Shown: positions 10,144 to 19,058 of the stretch, piece by piece | Position numbering within the stretch: the first letter of the stretch is position 1 | How the letters are laid out: each line of letters opens with the position of its first letter | Assembly (NCBI GenBank): GCA_016235065.1 | Contig: JACRMB010000004.1 | Location: forward strand, 3,629 to 67,628 | Reading direction: 5' to 3' | Length of the DNA stretch: 64,000 nt | Source of the DNA: Actinomycetota bacterium | GTDB lineage: Bacteria > Actinomycetota > Thermoleophilia > BMS3ABIN01 | Translations under genes and position numbers: made by a program | The notes under the pieces: generated by a model | Seen by the model: only the letters and a program-made list of their open reading frames with translations | Told to the model about the DNA's origin: nothing | Database searches by the model: none

Positions 10144-11321
10144 GTTTTCGGGTTGACGCCGGGATTGGTCTGCTCCCAGGCTTCATAGGAGTCGGCCATC
10201 TCCGAGAAGGTGGCCCACTGCACTCTTCCGGACGCCACCAGCGGATCGACAACTTCTGCCAGGAACCGGTCGATGACCTCGAACGGATGCTCCGGCTCGC
10301 CGCGGAACTCACCCGGATGGACCGTGAAGTGGAAGACGCTGACGCGGGAAGGATCTGCCTCAGCCTCGGCCAGCGACTGCATCAGGCTCTCTTTGAGAAA
10401 ATCGAAGTATGCCTGGTCGCCGCCCATAGCCCTGGCGGATCCGCCATAGTCGTTCCGTGAGTATGAGCCCTGGGGCAGGTAGACCACGGGACCGTCAGGA
10501 TCATGCGCGGCGAACTGTGAGACGTCGTTGCCGTTCGAGCCTCCGGCAGGCCGCCAGGGATTGATGCCTATCAGGTCGCTGACGGTTGTCTGCTCGTTCG
10601 GATTCTTCCAGTCGCTGTTGACATCGAGGCCGGCGCAGCTGGCCGCGTCGATGAGGCCGGGGTAGAGGTTGCCGCCGCTCCAGTAACGGATGTCTACTTC
10701 ACTGCCGGCGGCCTGCCTGATGAAACCGACCTCCTCCTTCATCACCGCGCACCAGGTCTCTGCAGGCAGTTCGTTGCCGTTCTTGCCCAGATGCGCGTCT
10801 TCATGAAAGTGAAGCGCGATCTCGTGGCCGCTGGCCGCCAGGTCGGAGAGCACGGGATCACCGCTACTGGCCGCGACTGTTGTGAAAGGGGTCTGCGCCT
10901 GCACGGTCATGCTGCCCTGGTGCTTCTCGACGATGGCGGCGACGGATTTTATATCTTCCACGTGCCGCTGGAAGAACTCAGGGTTGTTATAGTCCCCCTT
11001 GTTCGTCCAGGTCGGGCCCGCGGCATTGCCGCCCACGATCGGACTGGGCGAAGCGCCCCGCGGCTCGATATGCATGCCGATACCGAACAGGAGAACGCCG
11101 GCGGACGATGAGGTCGTGGCGCCGGTCGACGTCGATCCCACGGCTGATCCTTCACTGTCTCCAGTTTGCGAGAGACTCTCGTCAGCCGAATCACCCACAG
11201 TCCCTGTGGTGACGATTCCCGCATTCCCATCATCCTGTCCGTTCATAGAACAGGCGACTGAAAGCGAGAGCATGGAAGCGAGCAGCAATATGCCTACTGA
11301 TATCAGAATAATGCGCCGCAT
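10140..11321 (-). CDS. secreted lipoprotein, putative deacetylase/hydrolase-like (paralog 2)
   Basis: AGGAG RBS 10 nt upstream of ATG; signal peptide with lipobox LSVAC; EIALHFHEDAH motif. Confidence 0.45.
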   Translation of the reverse strand: MRRIILISVGILLLASMLSLSVACSMNGQDDGNAGIVTTGTVGDSADESLSQTGDSEGSAVGSTSTGATTSSSAGVLLFGIGMHIEPRGASPSPIVGGNAAGPTWTNKGDYNNPEFFQRHVEDIKSVAAIVEKHQGSMTVQAQTPFTTVAASSGDPVLSDLAASGHEIALHFHEDAHLGKNGNELPAETWCAVMKEEVGFIRQAAGSEVDIRYWSGGNLYPGLIDAASCAGLDVNSDWKNPNEQTTVSDLIGINPWRPAGGSNGNDVSQFAAHDPDGPVVYLPQGSYSRNDYGGSARAMGGDQAYFDFLKESLMQSLAEAEADPSRVSVFHFTVHPGEFRGEPEHPFEVIDRFLAEVVDPLVASGRVQWATFSEMADSYEAWEQTNPGVNPKT

Positions 11322-11552
11322 CTTTCATCACTCCTGACAACTGCTTCGCTTTTTAGCTTCCGTCACTATCATTATTGGTATTTACGGTTATCCCCGTGTA
11401 ACGGGAATGTAAAATCTCTGTAAGTGATTGCGGGCCCGCGACACCTGGGAAACTTGACTAATCCTCCGCTGTGCCAATATGCTCAGGACGAATTCTGTAA
11501 TGGGATCCCGGATGGAATGGATCGGGAAAGACGGGCAGGAGCAGATTCACGT

Positions 11553-12038
11553 ATGGCTGATAGTAAAGGCACAAATCCAGCGAGGAAATGGCGGCCGTCG
11601 CCGCCTGAACTGATCGTCCTGTTCGAAAAGCTCATCGAGGCCGTGCCCGGCGCTCAACCACGCAAGATGTTCGGATACCCGTGCGCATTCGTGAACGGAA
11701 ACATGTTTACAGGGCTGCACCAGGAGAACCTGATGCTGAGGCTGTCTGAAGAGGACCGCGCTACACTGCTCAGCATCAAGGGAGCGGCGCCATTCGAGCC
11801 GATGCCCGGCCGGGCGATGAAGGAATATGTCACCGTGCCGGATTCGATGCTGAAGAAACAAGCTGAGCTGAAGAAGTGGCTGGCAAGGTCATTCGGGTAC
11901 GCGAACTCGCTGCCACCCAAAGTAAAAAAGCAGCCGGCTGTGACAAAGAATTCTGCAGGGAAGAATCCAGTGGCGAAGAAGCAGCCCGCTGCGAAGAAAC
12001 AGGCGAAGAAGCCGGCCGGACCGGCAAAAAAGAGATAA
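11553..12038 (+). CDS. TfoX N-terminal domain-like protein with lysine-rich C-terminal tail
   Basis: RKMFGYPCAFVNGNMFTGLHQENLMLRLSEEDRATLL matches the TfoX_N pattern as I recall it; ATG at 11553 preferred over the longer ORF-track start at 11424; KKQPAAKKQAKKPAGPAKKR tail. Confidence 0.5.
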   Translation: MADSKGTNPARKWRPSPPELIVLFEKLIEAVPGAQPRKMFGYPCAFVNGNMFTGLHQENLMLRLSEEDRATLLSIKGAAPFEPMPGRAMKEYVTVPDSMLKKQAELKKWLARSFGYANSLPPKVKKQPAVTKNSAGKNPVAKKQPAAKKQAKKPAGPAKKR

Positions 12039-12057
12039 ACGACAAGGAGCCAGGCAG

Positions 12058-12549
12058 ATGCCATCATTCGATATCGTAAACAAGGTTGACCTGCAGGAAG
12101 TCGACAACGCCCTCAACAACACCCGCAAGATGACTCAGACGCGTTATGATTTCCGTGGGTCGAAGACCGAGATCGAGCTGAACCGCAAGGACAGCAAGAT
12201 CAGCATCCTCACCGAAGACAGCATGAAGATGAAGGCCATCGAGAATGAGCTGATCTCAAATCTGGTCAAGCGCAAGGTCGATGCGAAATCAGTGAAGTTT
12301 GGCGAGCCGGAGCGGGCTGCCGGCGATATGGTCAAGCTCGACGCGGAGATCCTCGCCGGCATCGACAAGGAAACCGCCCGCAAGATCGTAAAGATGATCA
12401 AGGAAACGAAGATGAAGGTCCAGGCGGCGATCCAGGAAGACCAGGTGCGTGTGACCGGCAAGAAGATTGACGACCTGCAGTCAGTCATTGCCCTGCTAAA
12501 GGAAAAAGACCTGGGCATGCCGCTGCAGTACATCAACATGCGCGACTGA
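12058..12549 (+). CDS. yajQ: YajQ family nucleotide-binding protein (UPF0234; cyclic-di-GMP binding in some species)
   Basis: MPSFDIVNKVDLQEVDNA...RYDFRG...KIVKMIKETKMKVQAAIQEDQVRVTGKKIDDLQSVIALL is collinear with E. coli YajQ; AGGAG RBS. Confidence 0.9.
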   Translation: MPSFDIVNKVDLQEVDNALNNTRKMTQTRYDFRGSKTEIELNRKDSKISILTEDSMKMKAIENELISNLVKRKVDAKSVKFGEPERAAGDMVKLDAEILAGIDKETARKIVKMIKETKMKVQAAIQEDQVRVTGKKIDDLQSVIALLKEKDLGMPLQYINMRD

Positions 12550-12594
12550 AACTCAGGGACACCATAGCTTTATTAGCAGGGATAAAAGGACAGC

Positions 12595-13395
12595 CTAAAC
12601 CGGCCGCATCGTCCCGAAGAACATCTGCCACGCCAGCGCCGACTTGGCCACCAGGCTGAGGATGATATACACCCTCTCACCGTAAAGGTAGTCTTTCCAC
12701 GGCCCGATCTGCCGGTACTGCAGCCACTGGTTCACGGCGAAGATGTTGAAGAAGATGAACAGCGAAACCATGATGCCGTAGACGAAGTCAGGTACTGATG
12801 TATCCGGGTACTGGTTGGACCCGATCGTGTAGAGCGCTATCACCACCCAGGGGATGATCCCCGCGAAGCAGCCGAAATAGAACGCGGTCCAGCTTGTCTT
12901 TTCCGTAGTCTGGTTATGCAGCTCCATCATGTAGCCAAAGAAGATCATGCAGGCGTTGATGCAGAAGATGAGGATCAGGCTCGAAAGGTCGTAGACGCCC
13001 ACCAACATGGCGATCAGCACTATCATGATCGACGAGCTCAGCGAATACTCCCACCAGCGCGCCTTGTTGATGTGCTGCTTGAGGTTTGCCACATACCAGT
13101 TGAATCCGAACGAAGCCAGGATGAAGTGCGCCATCGCCGACAGCAGCAGGAAGATGGCAACCATGGGTGCGATGCGCAGGGTATAAGGGTCCTGAAGATT
13201 CTGGACCAGTCTGCCGGAGGAGACATCGAATTTCAGGTAGATAGTCGACACCGGCAGTGAGAAGCTGGTGCTCAGCCACAGCATCAGCACACCCTGGCCC
13301 AGGTGCAGGCAGCCCATGATGAAGTTGAAGCGGCGAAGGCCGCCGTAGGTTATTTTACTGGCGGGCGCGGCGTCTGTAGCTAAGGCGATATTCAT
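12595..13395 (-). CDS. heliorhodopsin (7-TM retinal protein)
   Basis: Strong match to heliorhodopsin 48C12 as recalled: WWEYSLSSSIMIVLIA (TM3 with Glu counterion), FGCFAGIIPWV, VPDFVYGIMVSLFIFFN, GERVYIILSLVAKSALAWQMF (TM7 with retinal-binding Lys); GGGAGG RBS 5 nt upstream of ATG. Confidence 0.85.
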   Translation of the reverse strand: MNIALATDAAPASKITYGGLRRFNFIMGCLHLGQGVLMLWLSTSFSLPVSTIYLKFDVSSGRLVQNLQDPYTLRIAPMVAIFLLLSAMAHFILASFGFNWYVANLKQHINKARWWEYSLSSSIMIVLIAMLVGVYDLSSLILIFCINACMIFFGYMMELHNQTTEKTSWTAFYFGCFAGIIPWVVIALYTIGSNQYPDTSVPDFVYGIMVSLFIFFNIFAVNQWLQYRQIGPWKDYLYGERVYIILSLVAKSALAWQMFFGTMRPV

Positions 13396-13428
13396 TTAGG
13401 CCTCCCGGTTCCGGGGACGGGTACGATC

Positions 13429-13458
13429 ATTACAACGTGACCTATGCAGCACGCTCAA
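13429..13458 (-). promoter_or_regulatory. candidate sigma70-type promoter for the heliorhodopsin gene
   Basis: On the minus strand TTGAGC, 18 nt, TGTAAT, about 35 nt upstream of the heliorhodopsin start; no intrinsic terminator seen between the polymerase gene and the heliorhodopsin gene. Confidence 0.25.
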
Positions 13459-13552
13459 TCGATTACTACTGCCTTGGATACCGTTTCCCTTTTATCGTCG
13501 GGCTAATCTCTTGCTTCGGCGCCGGGAGTCGGTCGTCACAGGTTACTTCTGC

Positions 13553-14869
13553 TCACTTCACCTCACCCATGAACATGGGGATATTGATCCGCTGCCGCTC
13601 CGTCTCGCCCTTGAACAGCTCCTCCCGCCGCGCCGGCACGTCGCCGCGGTCGCCCAGGTGCTGCGCGAATTTATTAGCAGTGAAGCTCGAGCCCAAAAAC
13701 AGCGTGTGTTTGCCGTATTTCACCCGCACGCCGTCCACCGCCTCATAGACTCGCGCCAGCCGTTCGATGCGCGCCGTCACGCCGAAGAGGTCCGGCTGAG
13801 TGATGACGTCCTCGGTGAGCTTCAACAGAACCACGCCGGTCGACCGGTACAGCTTCGTCGGCTTGAACAGCCGCTGGAACACCGGCTCCAGCGCCGCCAT
13901 GATCTCATGGGGGAAGGCGGTGGGCCGCGAGAACTTCACCTTGGCGCCGACGCCGTGGAAATCCTGGGTCTTGAGGAAGCAGACCGCCTCCCGCGCCGCC
14001 AGCTTGTAGCGCCGCGCCTTCATGGTGGCGTTCTCCACGTTCTTGGATAGTTGGGCGAAGACGAACTCCGGGTCGCTGGACGGCGGCGTGAAGGTCTTCA
14101 CTTTCTGGATGGTGTAATAGCTCTCTTTTTCCTCGGTGTCGAGCCCCATGACCATGCGCCCGTTCAGCTCCTGCCAGGTCTCGTAGAATGGCTTGCTGAA
14201 GTTCGCTTTCACCCAGTCCTCGTCGCGCCGGGCGAAGTCGAGCGCCGTGGTGATGCCGAACTTGGCGAGATAGGCGGTGGTCTGCGGCCCGATGCCCCAG
14301 ACCTTCTCCACCGGCATGCCGCGCAGGAACTCGTGGATGTCGCGCCCGGGGATCACCGTCAGCCCCGAAGGCTTCTGCCATTTGGAGGCGATCTTGGCGA
14401 TGGTCTTGTTGGGCGCGAGCCCGGTGGAGAAGGTGAAACCGAAGGCCTCGTCCAGCTCCTCCTTCATCGCCCTGGCGATGGCCCGGTAGCCCATGCGCAG
14501 CGGCCGCTGCATGCCGGTGATATCGGCGAAGCACTCGTCGATGCCGTATTCCTCCACATCGGGCGTGTAGCGCCGCACTATGGCGAAGAAGCGTTTCGAC
14601 AGCAGGCTGTAAGTCTCGTAATCGGAGGGAAGGAAGACCGCGTCGGGGCAGAGCTTACGCACCTCGGAGAGCCGCATGGCTCGCACGACGCCACGGGCCT
14701 TGGCCTCGTAGCTCATGGAGGCGACGATGTTGCGCTCCTTGCCGGTGATCACAGGGATACCCTGGAGCTTGGGGTTCCGTGATTGCTCACACGACGCAAA
14801 AAAAGCGTCGGCGTCGATGTGGATGACCGCCCGGGGGAAGGAGCGGATGGAGAGGGGGTTGTCACCCAT
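13553..14869 (-). CDS. Y-family (UmuC/DinB-like) translesion DNA polymerase
   Basis: VIHIDADAFFASCEQSRNP (catalytic Asp motif), IDECFADITG, NIVASMSYEAKARGV; start 1 nt after the lexA stop, so translationally coupled. Confidence 0.85.
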   Translation of the reverse strand: MGDNPLSIRSFPRAVIHIDADAFFASCEQSRNPKLQGIPVITGKERNIVASMSYEAKARGVVRAMRLSEVRKLCPDAVFLPSDYETYSLLSKRFFAIVRRYTPDVEEYGIDECFADITGMQRPLRMGYRAIARAMKEELDEAFGFTFSTGLAPNKTIAKIASKWQKPSGLTVIPGRDIHEFLRGMPVEKVWGIGPQTTAYLAKFGITTALDFARRDEDWVKANFSKPFYETWQELNGRMVMGLDTEEKESYYTIQKVKTFTPPSSDPEFVFAQLSKNVENATMKARRYKLAAREAVCFLKTQDFHGVGAKVKFSRPTAFPHEIMAALEPVFQRLFKPTKLYRSTGVVLLKLTEDVITQPDLFGVTARIERLARVYEAVDGVRVKYGKHTLFLGSSFTANKFAQHLGDRGDVPARREELFKGETERQRINIPMFMGEVK

Positions 14870-14870
14870 C

Positions 14871-15443
14871 TCAATACTTCCGAATGACCGCTCGCACGAT
14901 CGCCGCGACCCGCAGCTCGTTCTCCGGCGTGATCGGCCCGAACCTGCTATTGGCCGCTTCCAGCCAGACTTTGCCGCCGCGTTTGCGGTAATACTTCATG
15001 GTCCACTCGCCGTCGACCTCGGCGATGATGATGTCGCCGTCCTTCTCGGTGACGCCCCGTTCCACCAGCACCATGTCGCCGGGCATGATGCCGGCGTCGA
15101 CCATCGACTCGCCCTGCACCTTGAGCAGGTAGGTCTGCTCCGGGCGCTTGATGAGGAACTCCTCCAGGCTCATGGTGTCCAGCAGCTCCTCCTCGGCGGG
15201 AGAGGGCCAGCCGGCCTCGACCGTGCCGAGCTGGGGCACGGCGTTGAAGCGCCGCCCCGGCAGCAGTTTGCCGGTCTCGTCGCGCTCCACGAAGCCCTGT
15301 TCCACCAGCCGGTTCACCAGTTTGTAGGTGGTTCCCTTTGAGCGCAGGCCAGCCGCCCGGGCGATCTCGGCATGGCTGGGCATGCGCCGGTTGGCCCGGT
15401 AGAAGGCGATGATCTTATCCAGATGTTTTGGTGTCTTTTTCAT
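14871..15443 (-). CDS. lexA: LexA repressor (S24 peptidase)
   Basis: N-terminal wHTH (HAEIARAAGLRSKGTTYKLVNRLVEQGFVER), cleavage-site region VEAG, catalytic Ser in VQGESMVDAGI and Lys in WTMKYY. Confidence 0.9.
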   Translation of the reverse strand: MKKTPKHLDKIIAFYRANRRMPSHAEIARAAGLRSKGTTYKLVNRLVEQGFVERDETGKLLPGRRFNAVPQLGTVEAGWPSPAEEELLDTMSLEEFLIKRPEQTYLLKVQGESMVDAGIMPGDMVLVERGVTEKDGDIIIAEVDGEWTMKYYRKRGGKVWLEAANSRFGPITPENELRVAAIVRAVIRKY

Positions 15444-15467
15444 GATGAGAGTGGGGTGACACAGTAT

Positions 15468-15487
15468 AGGCGTACGAAAGTACGCCT
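15468..15487. promoter_or_regulatory. perfect palindrome AGGCGTAC-GAAA-GTACGCCT, candidate LexA operator
   Basis: 8-bp perfect inverted arms with a 4-bp spacer, 25 to 45 bp upstream of the lexA start in the divergent intergenic region; the GTAC-N4-GTAC core resembles non-E. coli LexA boxes. Confidence 0.4.
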
Positions 15488-15538
15488 GTCAACTTTCCGG
15501 AAGGAGGGCTCTAAACGCGGGATGGTGGGGAGGAAGTC

Positions 15539-15937
15539 GTGAAAAAAGAAAGAAATGCCGAGGGACGGAAGATCATGTGGAATTTATTGGTTATGAGAAG
15601 TTTTGCCCGTGCCGCCGCAGCAGATGACCGGCCTGTTCTCATTTCCGTTGTTTGCATATTAGGCTTTATGAGCGGCTTCACTTCGCTACTGGCTCCACTG
15701 TTGCTGGTAAACCCTGTTGCCTGGCTGACGGCCTATATGCTTGTCTCAGGCATTTTCAGCCTGGCTTGCATGATAGCGCTGTGGCGCATGAGGCTTTGGG
15801 CTGTTCCGGCTTTCATTCTGTTATTCATCATCAATCAGATCGTCTGGCTGTCAGCTGGTATCTGGTCCGGCCGTGATATTCCTTTTTCACTCATGGTTAT
15901 CGCAGTCGGAATTTATTATTTCCGGGAGCTGGAATAA
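15539..15937 (+). CDS. small integral membrane protein (3-4 TM), hypothetical
   Basis: GTG start after GGGAGGAAG; hydrophobic helices; divergent from lexA. Confidence 0.45.
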   Translation: MKKERNAEGRKIMWNLLVMRSFARAAAADDRPVLISVVCILGFMSGFTSLLAPLLLVNPVAWLTAYMLVSGIFSLACMIALWRMRLWAVPAFILLFIINQIVWLSAGIWSGRDIPFSLMVIAVGIYYFRELE

Positions 15938-16112
15938 ATGTCCATCGAATCAGGAGGGCAACGCAACATGAGTGCCATCGAACCTGTTTGGCAAACAGTA
16001 CGACTACAAGTTTGATTTCAGCGCGATCCGCGGCAGCATGCAGAAGATCGCCGTCGATAACGGCTACTCGTTAAGCTACAGCATCACGCCAGCCGGGATC
16101 TGACGCAACCGC

Positions 16113-16547
16113 TTACGCGTAAGGATACAGCTTCTTCTTGAAGTCATTCAGCTGGTGCAGAAGCATATAGTGCTTCCTCTCGTCCTCGAGCAGATATGAC
16201 ACAAGGTGGTTAACCACGAAATTGCGGCTCAGTTCCAGCTGCTCCGCCGCCAGCTCGACGGTATCCTTCTCCAGGTCACGGTGTTTCTCCAGCAGCCCTG
16301 ACAGCTCGCCGAGTTCATCCGGGGTCAGGGTGATGGTGCCGTTGAGTGCTTCCTGTACTACGCCGAGGACCATCTTGTGCTTCGTCGAGTCAGACTTGAT
16401 GATGCCTGCGATCGTCGTCACCAGTTTATTGTCGGTCGCCGCCAGGATCTCGTCGCAGGTCGCGATGGTAAGGTCTTCCATCTCCTGCCACTTGATGATG
16501 CCAGCCTCGAAAGTCTCCTGTTCCTCCACAAGGTTCCGTGTAGACAT
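16113..16547 (-). CDS. hypothetical protein, possibly ferritin-like (two ExxH motifs)
   Basis: AAGGAG RBS 8 nt upstream of ATG at 16547 (ORF-track start at 16556 lies inside the RBS); LEKHRDLE and EDERKHYML. Confidence 0.4.
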   Translation of the reverse strand: MSTRNLVEEQETFEAGIIKWQEMEDLTIATCDEILAATDNKLVTTIAGIIKSDSTKHKMVLGVVQEALNGTITLTPDELGELSGLLEKHRDLEKDTVELAAEQLELSRNFVVNHLVSYLLEDERKHYMLLHQLNDFKKKLYPYA

Positions 16548-16694
16548 TCTGATCACTCCTTAAGGTCTATTTTCATCAGTGCTTTCTGTATACCCGCATA
16601 GCGGAAAAAGGCATCAAGATTGAATTCCGCATTTTCCGGGCAATATTAATCCAGGGTATTCGGTCCGTATAAACGAGCCCAACCGGCGGCAACA

Positions 16695-17309
16695 ATGAAA
16701 TTACGCAGGAGACGCGAAGAATCACGCTGGGAGCAGGTGTACGAGAACCAGGCTGTGGAAACGCTGCCCTGGTACTATCCCGCCCTGGATCCGGACTTCG
16801 CGGCCGCGCTGGAACGCTACGGCATCTACGGCGGCGAGGTGCTCGACCTCTGCACTGGTCCCGGCACCCAGGCCATGGCTTTGGCCGAGCGGGGCTTCAA
16901 GGTCACCGCCATGGATATCGCGGGCTCCGCGGTCGAGAAAGCCTGTCTAAGGGCAAGGGATGATGGCATGGACATCGTCTTCCACCAGGATGATATCCTT
17001 GCGAGCAGCCTCGACCGTACATTCGACCTCGTCTTCGACCGTGGCTGCTACCACGTCTTCCCCCGCGACAAGCGCAGGGATTATGTACCCGCTGTCAGCC
17101 GCCTGATCAATCCCGGCGGCTATCTGATGCTCAAATGTTTCAGCCACCTTGAAACGCGCCCCGAAGGCCCTTATCGCATTCCCCCGAGTGAGATCGAGCA
17201 ACTTTTCAGCACCGATTTTGATATCCTGGCGCTCCAGCACACTACCTTCATCGGCCAGAACCAAAAAACACCACCAAAAGCACTATTCTGCGTTTTGCGC
17301 AAGCGCTGA
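16695..17309 (+). CDS. class I SAM-dependent methyltransferase
   Basis: EVLDLCTGPGTQAMALAERGFKVTAMDIA (SAM-binding motif I), FDLVFDRGCYHV. Confidence 0.7.
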   Translation: MKLRRRREESRWEQVYENQAVETLPWYYPALDPDFAAALERYGIYGGEVLDLCTGPGTQAMALAERGFKVTAMDIAGSAVEKACLRARDDGMDIVFHQDDILASSLDRTFDLVFDRGCYHVFPRDKRRDYVPAVSRLINPGGYLMLKCFSHLETRPEGPYRIPPSEIEQLFSTDFDILALQHTTFIGQNQKTPPKALFCVLRKR

Positions 17310-17324
17310 ATTAGCTGCTTTCGC

Positions 17325-18995
17325 CTAACTCCCGCCGGCATCCTCCAGCCGCTCCCGATGAAATCGCTCGAAACTCTTCCAGCCGCCGGCGAGGTTGTAG
17401 AGGTCGCTGAAGCCGTTCAGGTGGAGTATCCGGTAGGCGAGGTAACTCCTTATCCCCGTCAGGCAGTAGATGAAAATCGGTTCCGGCGCTCCGCGCAGCT
17501 CGTCGAGCCGCCCGCGGAGCCTGTCCACAGGAATCAGGACCGCGCCGTCCACATGCCCTTTCTCATATTCCTTCGGTGTGCGGACGTCGAGGACGGTACC
17601 GCTGAGAGTCATTTCAGGATGGTCTTCCGCGAACCAGAAGCGCACATCTCCCTTGAGCACATTGGCGCCGACGAAACCGGCCATATTGATGGCATCCTTA
17701 GCCGAGCCATAGGGCGGCGCATAAGCCAGCTCCTGCTCTTCCAGGTCGTAGACGGTCATGCCCGTGCGAACGGCGACCGCCAGCACGTCGATGCGCTTGT
17801 CGACGCCGTCGAAGCCGACTATCTGGGCGCCGAGGATCCGGCCGTCATCGGGATCGAACAGCACCTTTGTATGCATATGGCCGGTGCCGGGGTAATAGAT
17901 CGCGTGCCCGAATGGATAGATATAGATCTTTTCGAATCGCCTGCCCACACAGAGCAGGGTCTTCTCAGAAGCGCCAGTCATGGCGGCGGTCAGATCGAAG
18001 ACCTTGACGATGGCTGTGCCCTGCGTCGTGGTATAGACGCTCTCGCGGCCGCAGATGTTATCAGCGGCGATGCGCCCCTGGCGGTTGGCTGGACCGGCCA
18101 GCGGGATGTTCGTCTGTTCGCCGGTCACGGTATCGGTGACTTCGACCATGTCGCCGGCGGCGAAGATATCAGGGTCGGATGTGCGCATGTGCGCGTCGAC
18201 TTTCACCGCGCCACGGGCTCCAAGCTCCAGGCCGGCGTCTGCTGCCAGCGCCGATTCCGGAGTCACGCCGATAGCCATGACCACAAGGTCGGCGCAGACG
18301 CTGGAGCCATCAGAGAGCTCTACAGTGACACGTCCCTGCGCATCCGCAAACGACTCCACTCCGGCGCCGAGCCGCAGTCGCACTCCCTTCTCCTCCAGGT
18401 GATAGCGGAGGTCGTCCGCCATCTCCGGATCGAGGGTGGGGAGTACATGGTCCTGAAGCTCGACCAGGTCGACGCTGAGACCGCGATTCACCAGGGCCTC
18501 AACCGTCTCCAGACCGATATAGCCGGCGCCGACGACGACCGCTGAACCGGCGCCTCCATCAACAAGCTGCTTGACGGCGTCCATGTCAGGGATGTTCCTC
18601 AGGGCGAAAATCCGTGGGTGGCCGATGCCCGGCAGATCCGGCCGAACCGCCGAGGCCCCCTGGGCGAGGACCAGCCGATCGTAAGTCTCGTCATATTCGC
18701 GGCCGCCAGCGTGGTCGACCACCCGCACCGACTTGTTGTCGCGGTCGATCCTAACGACCTCATGACCGGTACGGACTTCGATCTCGAACTGCTCGCGGAA
18801 ATGTTCGGGAGTGGCGATCAGCAGATCCCGCCGCCGCTTGATATCTCCGCCTATGTGATAGGGAAGCCCGCAGTTGGCGAAGGATACATACTCACCGCGT
18901 TCCAGCATCACTATCTCAAGCTCTTCGGAAAGCCGTCTCATCCTGGCCGCCGCCGAAGCGCCACCGGCGACTCCGCCGACGATTACGACTTTCAT
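17325..18995 (-). CDS. CoA-disulfide reductase / NADH oxidase family flavoprotein with C-terminal rhodanese domain
   Basis: MKVVIVGGVAGGASAA (FAD-binding GxGxxG) with redox Cys in SFANCGLPY; C-terminal rhodanese with active-site Cys loop IFIYCLTGIRS. Confidence 0.85.
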   Translation of the reverse strand: MKVVIVGGVAGGASAAARMRRLSEELEIVMLERGEYVSFANCGLPYHIGGDIKRRRDLLIATPEHFREQFEIEVRTGHEVVRIDRDNKSVRVVDHAGGREYDETYDRLVLAQGASAVRPDLPGIGHPRIFALRNIPDMDAVKQLVDGGAGSAVVVGAGYIGLETVEALVNRGLSVDLVELQDHVLPTLDPEMADDLRYHLEEKGVRLRLGAGVESFADAQGRVTVELSDGSSVCADLVVMAIGVTPESALAADAGLELGARGAVKVDAHMRTSDPDIFAAGDMVEVTDTVTGEQTNIPLAGPANRQGRIAADNICGRESVYTTTQGTAIVKVFDLTAAMTGASEKTLLCVGRRFEKIYIYPFGHAIYYPGTGHMHTKVLFDPDDGRILGAQIVGFDGVDKRIDVLAVAVRTGMTVYDLEEQELAYAPPYGSAKDAINMAGFVGANVLKGDVRFWFAEDHPEMTLSGTVLDVRTPKEYEKGHVDGAVLIPVDRLRGRLDELRGAPEPIFIYCLTGIRSYLAYRILHLNGFSDLYNLAGGWKSFERFHRERLEDAGGS

Positions 18996-19058
18996 CGCGC
19001 TTTTCCTTTCAATGTCTGATCAAATCATATCTATACCAAAAGAGAAACAAATATCAAC

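Noticed and set aside
11424-11552. Longer N-terminal extension of the TfoX-like ORF (ORF-track start at 11424)
   Set aside because: The extension is low-complexity and lacks an RBS; the ATG at 11553 fits the conserved domain start better. A possible TTGACT-N17-TATGCT promoter lies at about 11453..11482.
13419-13431. GTACGATCATTAC upstream of the heliorhodopsin, considered as a LexA box
   Set aside because: Only one half-site matches the lexA-upstream palindrome; too degenerate to call an operator.
13905-14782. ORFs 13905..14534 (-) and 14051..14782 (+) inside the Y-family polymerase gene
   Set aside because: Alternative-frame or antisense shadows of the polymerase ORF, which carries the catalytic motifs.
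15938-16060. Short ORF fragments (MSAIEPVWQ... / ...FGKQYDYKFDFSAIRGSMQKIAVDNGYSLSYSITPAGI) between the membrane protein gene and the ferritin-like gene
   Set aside because: Possibly a C-terminal gene remnant, but too short and frame-broken to assign; not called.
17358-18545. 395-aa plus-strand ORF overlapping the CoA-disulfide reductase gene
   Set aside because: Antisense to a gene with clear FAD-binding and rhodanese motifs; no motifs of its own.
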